Assembly: GCA_035446285.1 (NCBI GenBank)
Contig: DAOMSJ010000002.1
Coordinates: 182,592-246,591 of the forward strand
Direction of reading: 5' to 3'
Length of the DNA stretch: 64,000 nucleotides
From: Anaerolineales bacterium
GTDB lineage: Bacteria > Chloroflexota > Anaerolineae > Anaerolineales > UBA11579
This document shows positions 37,747-46,405 of this stretch, in pieces; position 1 is the first letter of the stretch, and the number at the start of each line of letters is the position of its first letter. Both the position numbers and the translations under genes were made by a program. Below the pieces are notes generated by a model. The model was not told where the DNA came from. It worked only from the letters and a program-made list of their open reading frames with translations, and did not search any database.

Positions 37747-39723
37747 TTAGGACGTGGCTATCTTGAGATAGTCACGCGGCTCGGCGGCCTGGGTGGACAG
37801 GCCGAGCAGGGTGGCAAGCTCAATGATGAGCTTGGCCTTGGCATCCGCATCTCGCTGGCTCCAGGTGCGGCTCTTGATCTCAACGAAACTGCCCAGGGCG
37901 GGCTTGTCCATGCGGTCTACGTTGACGTAGAAATCGGTGTCGCGGAAACGCACCAGCCAGCGGCGGCGATCCTTCTCGACCTCGATTTCACGCTCCGGCT
38001 GGAAGTATTCACGGTAGAAGCGCAGGCTTTGGTCTGCGGGCGCCAAGTAGCGGCTGCGCGAGAGCACCACCTCGCTGGGCAAATCACGCTCGTGCGAGTC
38101 ACCGATGAGGGTCAGGCGGTAACGGGAGTTATCCGGCTGGCCACTATCCTCGAGGAAGACATCTTCACGGTAGCGCAGGATGTACTTCTCATGCGAGGGG
38201 AAGATGAAGTAGCTGTCGTACTCGTGATAGTGGCGCTTGTAGACGATCGTGATCTCAGGATGTTGCAGGGCGGCCACCACGGCTTCGGGGTCTTCCACCG
38301 GGACTTTGAGTTGGGCCTCGAAGCTCTCTTCCTGTGTGGCGCCACCGATGGCGATGAGCTTGGTGAGCACCGACTTCTCACGAGCAATGAGGAACTTATC
38401 GATCTTCTTGGCCAGCTCGCCAGCCTGCTCGAGCAGCGCAGTCTCATCCAGCGTGGTGAGCTGCTTGCTCTGCATGAGCCACTTGCCGTTGACCATCACA
38501 TCGGTCACATCTGTGGACTTGGCGGCGTAGACGATCTGCGAATAGGTGCTATTGGGGTCTCGGCTGAAGTGCGGCGAGGCATGCAGGGTGTCAATATCCA
38601 CCAGGATGAGGTCAGCACGCTTACCCGGCTCCAGCGAGCCGGTGATGTCGCCGATGTGCATGGCCTGCGCCCCGAGGCGGGTAGCCATGAGCAGCGCGGT
38701 CTGGGCGGGCAGCACGGTGGGATCACTCTCGCGCAGCTTGGCGAGGAAAGCGGCCAGGCGCACTTCCTCGAACATGTCGAGGTCGTTGTTGGAGGCTGGG
38801 CCATCCGTGCCGATGCCGACGTTGAGGCCGGCACGCAGCATCTCGTTGACTGGCGCAGCGCCGGAGGCGAGCTTCATGTTGGACGAAGGGTTGTGCGAGA
38901 CGCCCACGTTGTAGTGGGCAAAGGTGTTGATCTCACCCTGATCGAGGTGTACACAGTGGGCGGCGAGCACCTTGGCATCAAAGAGATTCTGCTTCTTCAC
39001 GTAAGGCACCACCGGCATGCCCCATTCTTTGCGGGCATTCTCAACCTCGAAGGAGGTCTCAGCGATGTGGGTGTGCAGCGGCACGTCAAACTCCACCGCC
39101 AGGGCGGCAGAGGCCCGCAAAAGCTCCTCGGTGCTGCTGTAGGGTGCGTGCGGTGAAACGGCGGGCACGATGAGCGGGTGGCCCTTCCACTTTTGGATGA
39201 ACTCACGCGTGTAGGCCAGCGATTCTTCGTAGAACTTGGCATCCGGCGTGGGGAACTTCATGATGGTCTGCCCGCACACCGCACGCATACCGGCCGCGGC
39301 GGCCGCCTCGGCCACGGTGGACTCGTAGTAGTACATGTCTGCGAAGCTGGTGATGCCAGAGCGGATGTATTCGGCGCAACCGATGGAGGTGCCGAGGTGC
39401 ACAAAATCTGGTGTGACGAATTCGCGCTCGACGGGGATCATGTAGCCCATCAGCCACACATCCAGGCGCAGGTCATCGGCCAGGCCGCGCAGCAGGGTCA
39501 TGGGCACATGCGTATGTGCGTTGACCAGGCCGGGCATCACCACTTTGCCGCGGCAATCCAGTTTGTCTGCGGATTCGTATCTTTTCAGGATCTCATCTTC
39601 CGGCCCGGCGGCCAGAATGCTGTCACCGAGGATGGCGACGGCGCCCTTGGGGAATTGGTGCATCTCCTCATTCATGGTGAGGACGTGGGCGTTGGTAAGA
39701 ATTAAGTCTGCTTTAGTAGCCAA
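37747..39723 (-). CDS. MtaD-like (ATZ/TRZ family) nucleoside deaminase fused to a C-terminal CYTH-like domain
   Basis: 658 aa. The N-terminal 445 aa contain PGLVNAHTHVPM, HTHIAET and GIGTDGPASNN. The C-terminal 190 aa contain FEAQLKV, ILRYRED, RLTLIG and LGSFVEIKS, a pattern like CyaB/ThTPase CYTH domains. Confidence 0.8.
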   Translation of the reverse strand: MATKADLILTNAHVLTMNEEMHQFPKGAVAILGDSILAAGPEDEILKRYESADKLDCRGKVVMPGLVNAHTHVPMTLLRGLADDLRLDVWLMGYMIPVEREFVTPDFVHLGTSIGCAEYIRSGITSFADMYYYESTVAEAAAAAGMRAVCGQTIMKFPTPDAKFYEESLAYTREFIQKWKGHPLIVPAVSPHAPYSSTEELLRASAALAVEFDVPLHTHIAETSFEVENARKEWGMPVVPYVKKQNLFDAKVLAAHCVHLDQGEINTFAHYNVGVSHNPSSNMKLASGAAPVNEMLRAGLNVGIGTDGPASNNDLDMFEEVRLAAFLAKLRESDPTVLPAQTALLMATRLGAQAMHIGDITGSLEPGKRADLILVDIDTLHASPHFSRDPNSTYSQIVYAAKSTDVTDVMVNGKWLMQSKQLTTLDETALLEQAGELAKKIDKFLIAREKSVLTKLIAIGGATQEESFEAQLKVPVEDPEAVVAALQHPEITIVYKRHYHEYDSYFIFPSHEKYILRYREDVFLEDSGQPDNSRYRLTLIGDSHERDLPSEVVLSRSRYLAPADQSLRFYREYFQPEREIEVEKDRRRWLVRFRDTDFYVNVDRMDKPALGSFVEIKSRTWSQRDADAKAKLIIELATLLGLSTQAAEPRDYLKIATS

Positions 39724-39787
39724 TCATTTCCCTTTCGATAGTCTTGCCAAGCAAGGCAAGCAAATAAGTGCTTGAAATTAAATTGGC

Positions 39788-40951
39788 CTAGTTTACCTCA
39801 TCCAGCAGCTTGCGCCGCAGGAAAGACAGCGCCAGGCTGGTGGCCCAGCCAGCGGCCTGGGTGGTGTGGCCGCCGTAGGGGAAGGCGACATGATGTGGAA
39901 TTTTGAGGCCGGTGATAAAGATCTCCAGCTCGTGGCCGCCGTCTTTGGCGGCGCGCAGCTCGACCGCCAGCACCAGGTCGGCGCGCACTTTGGAGGCGTA
40001 TTCGGTGGCAGCCAGCTTGAGCGGCTCGGTACGCAGGGTGGCGTGCAGCACCTCGCCACCGACGAAGGCATTGCCCTCGCCAGTGAAGGCTTTGACGAGG
40101 GCGCCGTTGAGCCCCTTCTCCAGCACGGCGATGGTTTGCTTGCGGTGGGCCACTTCACGCAACACGGCGCGGGCGAGCGTCTCTTCGTCTATACCGTGCA
40201 CCCAGTCGCCGAGGCGCTCGCGCACCTCGGCCTCGAGCGCATCCAGCATCTCGGCGGCCTGCTCGGGACTCTCGGCTTTGGCGGTCAGGCGCACGTCTAC
40301 ACTGCCGGCATGGGCGGCCAGGCCCACGGTGGGATTGGTCTGGCGCTCCAGGTCAGCCAGGTGCTGGTCAATTTGCGATTCGGGCACGCCAGCGGTGTGC
40401 AGCACGCGGGCACGGATGACCCCAGTGAGGCCAAAGTGCTCTTTGAAGTAGGGCAGGATACCGTGCTCATAGAGATAGCGCATTTCGCTGGGCACGCCGG
40501 GTACGGCGATGACGACTTTGCCGTTGTGTTCCACCAGCACGCCGGGGGCGCTGCCCACGGCGTTCTCCAGGCTGCGGCCACCCACGGGCAGCTCCGCCTG
40601 GCGCTTGTTGTTCTCGCTGGGGGTGCGCTTCATGCGCGCAAAGCGTGCTTCGATCTGCTGCCACAGCTCAGGGCGGAATTCGAGGCCAACGCCGAGGGCG
40701 CGGGCAATGCCCTCACGGGTGACATCGTCCACCGTGGGGCCGAGGCCGCCGGTGCACAGCAGGATGTCAGAGCGGCCGAGGCCGAGGGTCACGGCATCGG
40801 CGATGCGCTGCTCGTTGTCGCCCACGGTGGATGTGTAATACAGGTCAATGCCCGCGTCACGCAGTTGGCGCGCCAGGTATTGGGTGTTGGTGTCGGTGAT
40901 CTCACCGAGCAGCAGCTCGGTGCCGATGGTAAGGATCTCTGCGGATGGCAT
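39788..40951 (-). CDS. cinA: CinA-like competence/damage-inducible protein (MoCF-type N-domain, divergent C-domain)
   Basis: Begins MPSAEILTIGTELLLGEITDTNTQYLARQL and contains TGGLGPTVDD. The C-terminal domain lacks the AESCTGG-type motif (it has LEKGLNG). Confidence 0.8.
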   Translation of the reverse strand: MPSAEILTIGTELLLGEITDTNTQYLARQLRDAGIDLYYTSTVGDNEQRIADAVTLGLGRSDILLCTGGLGPTVDDVTREGIARALGVGLEFRPELWQQIEARFARMKRTPSENNKRQAELPVGGRSLENAVGSAPGVLVEHNGKVVIAVPGVPSEMRYLYEHGILPYFKEHFGLTGVIRARVLHTAGVPESQIDQHLADLERQTNPTVGLAAHAGSVDVRLTAKAESPEQAAEMLDALEAEVRERLGDWVHGIDEETLARAVLREVAHRKQTIAVLEKGLNGALVKAFTGEGNAFVGGEVLHATLRTEPLKLAATEYASKVRADLVLAVELRAAKDGGHELEIFITGLKIPHHVAFPYGGHTTQAAGWATSLALSFLRRKLLDEVN

Positions 40952-40991
40952 GATTAGTGTTGTGTCCCAAGTCGAAAGTTAGCCCAACCGC

Positions 40992-41036
40992 CATTGCGAA
41001 GGAAGCCGCATGTCAATGCGGCTGACTGAAGCAATC
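40992..41036. repeat. Mini-repeat type D
   Basis: The sequence is cattgcgaaggaagccgcatgtcaatgcggctgactgaagcaatc. Confidence 0.8.
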
Positions 41037-41065
41037 CCCAGGTTGGAATTGCAAACACGCTCGGA

Positions 41066-41105
41066 GATTGCTTCGTGCGCAGGCAAGCCTGCGCCTCGCA
41101 AAGAC
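41066..41105. repeat. Mini-repeat type C (1 mismatch)
   Basis: The sequence is gattgcttcgtgcgcaggcaagcctgcgcctcgcaaagac. Confidence 0.9.
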
Positions 41106-41137
41106 GACGCGAACGTGATTGTCGCGCCCAGGAGGGG

Positions 41138-42289
41138 CTAGATGACATTGTATTCCTTCAACGATTCACTGCTGAAGCGGTCTAAGCCGAGCATAGACAC
41201 ATCTACCGAAGCAGCCGCCCCATCCAGCATGATCTCGGCCATCAGCTTGCCGGCAATTGGGCCGTGCATGAAGCCGTGGCCGGAGAAGCCCGCCACGAGG
41301 TAGAAGCCTTCTACAGGCGTTGCGCCAAAGATGGGGTGCGCATCCGGCGTGACCTCGTACAGCCCCGCCCAGTGGCTGGCCAGGCCGGCCTGCTCCAGCA
41401 GCGGCAGGCGTGCTACGCCATTCTCCATGTGCACCAGCTCCCACTCGGGGTCCACGTTCTGGTCAAAGCCGGGGGCCTGGTCAGGATTGGACATGCCGGT
41501 AAGCAAGCCTTCGCCCTCACGATGGAAATACAGTGACTTGGCAAAATCGATCACAAAGGGGAAATCGGCCGGGATGCCGGGTAGCGGTGTAGTGGTGACG
41601 ATCTGGCGGCGCACCGGAATGATGGGAATGTGTACCCCGGCCATCCTGCCGATGGGTGCGGCCCACGGGCCAGCGGCGTTGAGCACCAACGGGGCGGCAA
41701 TGCTGCCCTGGTTGGTGTGCACGCCAGTGATGGCGCCGCCTTCCACTTGCAGGCCGGTGACCTCGATATTGCCGAGGCAGGTAGCGCCCAGCTTGGTGGC
41801 GGCGTTGATGTAGCCCATCACCACGCTGTTAGGGTCGCACAGGCCATCGGCGGCGTTGTAGGTGCCCTTGAGCACATCATCCAGGTTCATTTGCGGCAAG
41901 CGGGCACGGATCTCATCGCCGGAGAGCCATTGGGTGTCTACACCCAGGCTGTTTTGCAGAGCCACGTTTTTTTCGAAAACGGCGATATCGGCGTCGTTGG
42001 TGAGCAGGAATAGGTAGCCACACTTGCGGTAATCCACCTCCTGGCCGATCTCCTCCGGAAAGCGCTCCAGCATGGGCAGGCTGGCGAGGCTGAGGCGAAT
42101 GTTGACCTCAGTGCCGAACTGGTAGCGCACGCCGCCGGCGCAGCGCCCGGTAGCGCCCTGCCCGAAGAATTCATCTTTCTCGAGCAGCACCACATCTTTG
42201 ACGCCGCGCTGGGCGAGGTGATAGGCCGCCGAGGCGCCCATGACGCCGCCGCCGATGATGACCACTGAAGCTGTTTTGGGAAGGCTCAA
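41138..42289 (-). CDS. FAD-dependent oxidoreductase (sarcosine oxidase beta / D-amino-acid oxidase-like, DAO family)
   Basis: Contains the Rossmann motif VVIIGGGVMGASAAYHLAQRG. Its length and C-terminal GFSGHGFMHGP are typical of the DAO family. Confidence 0.85.
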   Translation of the reverse strand: MSLPKTASVVIIGGGVMGASAAYHLAQRGVKDVVLLEKDEFFGQGATGRCAGGVRYQFGTEVNIRLSLASLPMLERFPEEIGQEVDYRKCGYLFLLTNDADIAVFEKNVALQNSLGVDTQWLSGDEIRARLPQMNLDDVLKGTYNAADGLCDPNSVVMGYINAATKLGATCLGNIEVTGLQVEGGAITGVHTNQGSIAAPLVLNAAGPWAAPIGRMAGVHIPIIPVRRQIVTTTPLPGIPADFPFVIDFAKSLYFHREGEGLLTGMSNPDQAPGFDQNVDPEWELVHMENGVARLPLLEQAGLASHWAGLYEVTPDAHPIFGATPVEGFYLVAGFSGHGFMHGPIAGKLMAEIMLDGAAASVDVSMLGLDRFSSESLKEYNVI

Positions 42290-42302
42290 CGATATCTCCT
42301 TG

Positions 42303-43295
42303 TTACCAGGCTACTTGGGTGCCAATGCCCAGTTTGTGGGCATTGGCAACGGCGACGCGGGCAGCCATGGCATCTTGCACAGCCACGCCCACGGATTTAA
42401 AGAAGGTGATCTGCTCGGCGGAGCTACGCCCAGGCGCCTGGCCGTTGAGCACCGCGCCGATCTCATGAATATTGTCAGCGGCGAGCAGCCCCTGTTGCAG
42501 GGTCATGGCGATCTCGCCGCTCTCGGCTTGCGTGGCCGAGCGGCTGTCTACGGTGACGTGAGCACGCGCCACCAGCTCGCTGGGCACCTCGATGGCATCG
42601 GCCGTGTAAGAGCCCGCCGCGTTGATGTGCGTGCCGGGGCGCACATCGGCAGCGGCGAAGACGGGTGTAGGGCTGGTGGTGGCGGTACTGATAATGTCGG
42701 CGTTGGCGGCCGCCTCTTGCGGGCTGGCGGCGGCACGCAGGTCTTTGGGAATGCGCCCCACCCCGGCCATCTCAGTGATGAAAGCAGCGGCCTGCTCGGC
42801 GTTGGGTGAGTAGACCCACGCGGTTTCAATGTCACGCACTTCGCAGGCAGCGGCCAGCTGGGTGCGGGCTTGAACGCCAGCGCCAAAGACCGCCACCGTG
42901 CGCGCATCGGGGCGGGCAAGCACATCGGTGGCGGCGCCGCAGCCGGCGCCGGTGCGGATGGCGGTGACGGCGGCGCCCTCCAGGATGGCTTGCAGTGCGC
43001 CGGTTTCGGGGTCGAAGGCGAGCACCACGGCGTTGATGAGCGGCAGGCCGCGCGCCGGATTCTTGTTGAACAGCGAAACCAGCTTGACGGCCAAGGCCTG
43101 CTCCTGGGCCGAGGCGCCATCCACGAAGGCGGGCATGAGGATGCTCAGGCCCTCGTGCGGGGCTACGGTCAAGCGTGAGCGCAGCGGCACCTCGGCGGCG
43201 CCGCCAGACAGCGCGGCGTAGGCCTGCTTCATGGCGGCGATGCACTCGTGCATTGGCAGCGCCTGGCGGACTTCGTTAGCGGTAAGGATCAGCAT
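42303..43295 (-). CDS. Ornithine cyclodeaminase / mu-crystallin family protein
   Basis: 330 aa. Contains TAIRTGAG, the NAD motif VAVFGAGVQA and FKSVGVAVQD. Confidence 0.85.
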   Translation of the reverse strand: MLILTANEVRQALPMHECIAAMKQAYAALSGGAAEVPLRSRLTVAPHEGLSILMPAFVDGASAQEQALAVKLVSLFNKNPARGLPLINAVVLAFDPETGALQAILEGAAVTAIRTGAGCGAATDVLARPDARTVAVFGAGVQARTQLAAACEVRDIETAWVYSPNAEQAAAFITEMAGVGRIPKDLRAAASPQEAAANADIISTATTSPTPVFAAADVRPGTHINAAGSYTADAIEVPSELVARAHVTVDSRSATQAESGEIAMTLQQGLLAADNIHEIGAVLNGQAPGRSSAEQITFFKSVGVAVQDAMAARVAVANAHKLGIGTQVAW

Positions 43296-43475
43296 GGAGC
43301 AATTCTAAACCAGTCATGTATGACACCTCACCCCACTGAGTTAAATATTGGCGCACCCTTACCTTCCCTCCTCCCAAAGGAGAGGGAGACGAATGCAACA
43401 CTACAACCAAAATTCAACAGGCGAGGGAAACGGGCGCAGAACAAGCCTCAGAGCTATAATCGCTCACCAGGCCCG

Positions 43476-45386
43476 ATGGGCCGAGGAGTCACGCTGAGCG
43501 AGGAACAACCCACCCACAAATTGGATACGCCGCAGGACAGCAGCCACAGCCAACTGCAGCAGGGAGAAGTGCTGCAGGAGCGCTACGAGATCCAAGAGAT
43601 CGTAGGCATTGGCGGCATGGGGTCAGTGTATCGCGCCCGTGATAAGAACTTCAAAGCCATCCGCCTGGTAGCCATCAAGGAGATGATCAGCCAGGTGACC
43701 GACCCCCTGGTACGCAAGAACATCTTCCAGATCTTTGAGCGCGAAGCCAATATCCTCGCCACGCTGCGCCACCCCTCCATTCCACGCATTTACGATTACT
43801 TCACCATTGGCGAGCGCGCCTACCTGGTGCTGGAGTTCATTCACGGCAAGAACCTGGAGCAATTGCTGGCCGAGAGCAACAACTTCTTCCCTGAGGAGCA
43901 AGTGCTGGCCTGGGCGGTGGAGCTGTGTGATGTGCTGGATTATCTGCACAGCCACAAGCCAGAACCGATCATCTTCCGTGACATTAAGCCCTCCAACATC
44001 ATGAGTACGCTGCAGAACCACATCGCCCTGGTGGATTTTGGCATCGCCAAGGTATTTGAATCTGGCCAGAAGAATACGATGGTGGGAACGCAGGGCTACT
44101 CCCCGCCCGATCAGTACCGCGGCGAGGCGACGCCCAAGGTGGATATTTACGCGCTGGGCGCTACGTTGCACCACCTGCTGACGCTGCGCGATCCGCAGAT
44201 GGAGGCGCCCTTCTCATTTGGCGAGCGCCAGATCAGCGAGATCAACCCCAACGTCAGCCGCGAGATGGCGGCGGTGGTGGAGCGCGCCCTGGAGTACAAG
44301 CCAGAGGACCGCTACGACAGCGCCATTGAAATGAAAGAAGCGCTGATCAACGTGGCGCGCAAGACCGGCACGCTGCTCAACCTGAGCATCCCCACCGCGG
44401 TGAGCGGCAGCATGCCCAGCCGCGGCGTGGGCGTAAAGCCACTGTGGAGCTTTGAAGCTGAAGACGAGCTGCGCAGCTCGGCAGCGTATCATGATGGCAC
44501 GCTGTACATCGGCTGCTACGACAACAACCTGTATGCGCTGGACGCCTCCAACGGTGAGTTCAAGTGGAAGTACCCCACCGACGGCGGCATCACCAGCAAG
44601 CCAGCCATCTTTGACAACAACATTTACTTCGGCTCAGAAGACCGCCGTTTGCACGTCATCTCGACCCGCTCCGGCAAGGTGGTGTGGACGCACTACACTG
44701 AGGGCGCGGTGCGCTCCTCGCCGCGCATTGCTGAAGGGCACGTCTTCATCGGCTCAGATGATGGCAGCCTGCATGCGGTGAGCCTGAGCAGCGGGCGGCT
44801 GGCCTGGCGCTCAGAGGTGGGCTCGCCGGTGCGCTCCACCCCGTGGGTGGGCAACGAGCATGTGTACTTTGGCTCCGAAGCGGGCGATTTTACCGCCACC
44901 GATTTCCGCGGCGACCCGCGCTGGCGCTTCAAGGCCAAGCGCGCCATCACCTCTTCGCCGGTGCTGCAGGACGGCGTGGTGTATTTCAACTCCATGGACG
45001 GCACGCTCTACGCGCTGGACGCCAACTCCGGCTGGGCTGTGTGGCGCTTCCGCCTCGGCAAGGGCAGCATCTGCACCCCGGCCATCGCCGGCAATGTGCT
45101 CTACACCGGCGCCGCCGACCATATCATCTACGCCATTGACACGCGCTCGGCCAAGGAGTTGTGGCGCTATACCACCGAGCACCAGGTCAACGGCTCGCCC
45201 ATCGTGCATCGTGATGCAGTATATTGCGGCTCCGTGGATGGCAGCCTGTATTGCCTGGATGCGGCCAGCGGGCGTTTGCGCTGGCGCTACCAGACGGAGG
45301 CGCCCATCACCGGCACCCCGGTGGCGTATGACGATATGATCTTCATCGGCTCTACCGACAAGAAAGTGTATGCCTTCCTGGCATAG
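43476..45386 (+). CDS. Ser/Thr protein kinase with C-terminal PQQ-type beta-propeller, no TM segment
   Basis: The kinase motifs are GIGGMGSVYRA, VAIKE, IIFRDIKPSN, DFGIA and GTQGYSPPD. They are followed by about 8 repeats of the ...LYALDASNGEFKW type. The start is uncertain; alternative ATGs lie at 43320 and 43248. Confidence 0.85.
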   Translation: MGRGVTLSEEQPTHKLDTPQDSSHSQLQQGEVLQERYEIQEIVGIGGMGSVYRARDKNFKAIRLVAIKEMISQVTDPLVRKNIFQIFEREANILATLRHPSIPRIYDYFTIGERAYLVLEFIHGKNLEQLLAESNNFFPEEQVLAWAVELCDVLDYLHSHKPEPIIFRDIKPSNIMSTLQNHIALVDFGIAKVFESGQKNTMVGTQGYSPPDQYRGEATPKVDIYALGATLHHLLTLRDPQMEAPFSFGERQISEINPNVSREMAAVVERALEYKPEDRYDSAIEMKEALINVARKTGTLLNLSIPTAVSGSMPSRGVGVKPLWSFEAEDELRSSAAYHDGTLYIGCYDNNLYALDASNGEFKWKYPTDGGITSKPAIFDNNIYFGSEDRRLHVISTRSGKVVWTHYTEGAVRSSPRIAEGHVFIGSDDGSLHAVSLSSGRLAWRSEVGSPVRSTPWVGNEHVYFGSEAGDFTATDFRGDPRWRFKAKRAITSSPVLQDGVVYFNSMDGTLYALDANSGWAVWRFRLGKGSICTPAIAGNVLYTGAADHIIYAIDTRSAKELWRYTTEHQVNGSPIVHRDAVYCGSVDGSLYCLDAASGRLRWRYQTEAPITGTPVAYDDMIFIGSTDKKVYAFLA

Positions 45387-45409
45387 CGCTACGCAGAAAG
45401 AGCAGCCCC

Positions 45410-46309
45410 ATGAATTTCTTCAAGAAACTTTTCGGCAAGAAAAAGGCATCCGGCCCGCTGCCGAGCAACGCCGCCACGGCCCCGCTGAGCGAAGCCCAGG
45501 TGTGGGAACTGGCCAATGGCGAGCGCTCGGGCAAGTACATACACCTGATCTCGGGCAGCGCACTGGACCTGGGGCAGCGCCGTGAGAACAACGAAGACAG
45601 CCTGCTGTGCCTTAACGGCACACTGGGCAGCGCTAACTCTGGCCTGCCGCTGGGGCTGTATGTCATCGCCGATGGCATGGGCGGCCACCGCAACGGTGAA
45701 GTGGCCAGCGAAGTGGCCGTGCGCTCGTTGGGCAATTATCTGGTGCAGCGCTTGTACAAGCCGCTGTTTGGGCCAGACCCGCAGCCGACCGAAGAATCCT
45801 TGCGCGAGATGATGGAAGACGCCGTGAACGAAGCGCACCGCGCCGTGCGACGTGCCGCGCCGGGCGGCGGCTGCACGCTGACGGCCGCCTTGGTGCTGGG
45901 CAACCAGCTGGTGATCGCCCATATGGGTGACAGCCGCGCCTACCTGGTGCACCGAGACGGGCGCATGGAGCAGCTCACCAAGGACCACACGCTGGTCAAG
46001 CGTCTGCAGGAGATGGGCCAGCTGAGCGACGAAGAGGCGGCCGATCACCCGCAGAAATCCATGCTGTACCGCGCTCTGGGCCAGGGCGATGTAGTGCAAG
46101 CCGATTTTTACACCGGCACGCTTTCCACGAACGCATTCCTGCTGGTGTGCTCGGATGGTTTGTGGGGCTTTGTAGACGAAGATGACATCCAGACCATCGT
46201 GAATGCCACCGCCAGCCCATACCTGGCCTGCATGCACATGGTGGAAGCCGCCAACGCGGCTGGCGGGCCAGACAACATCTCGGTAGTGCTGGCGCGGCTG
46301 GTGCACTAA
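45410..46309 (+). CDS. PP2C-family Ser/Thr phosphatase
   Basis: Contains NEDS, ADGMGGH, GDSRAYL, CSDGLW and DNISVV. Confidence 0.9.
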   Translation: MNFFKKLFGKKKASGPLPSNAATAPLSEAQVWELANGERSGKYIHLISGSALDLGQRRENNEDSLLCLNGTLGSANSGLPLGLYVIADGMGGHRNGEVASEVAVRSLGNYLVQRLYKPLFGPDPQPTEESLREMMEDAVNEAHRAVRRAAPGGGCTLTAALVLGNQLVIAHMGDSRAYLVHRDGRMEQLTKDHTLVKRLQEMGQLSDEEAADHPQKSMLYRALGQGDVVQADFYTGTLSTNAFLLVCSDGLWGFVDEDDIQTIVNATASPYLACMHMVEAANAAGGPDNISVVLARLVH

Positions 46310-46311
46310 AG

Positions 46312-46352
46312 GAACAGATATCGATAGTGCTTGGCGCTATCGATATCTGTTC
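46312..46352. other. Perfect 16-bp inverted repeat (GAACAGATATCGATAG n9 CTATCGATATCTGTTC)
   Basis: Read directly. It lies between the PP2C stop and the J-vWA start. Confidence 0.9.
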
Positions 46353-46405
46353 TAATACCTATGACCATCGTAGGGGTTGAAGGCTACACTAAGATAAGAC
46401 CACGC

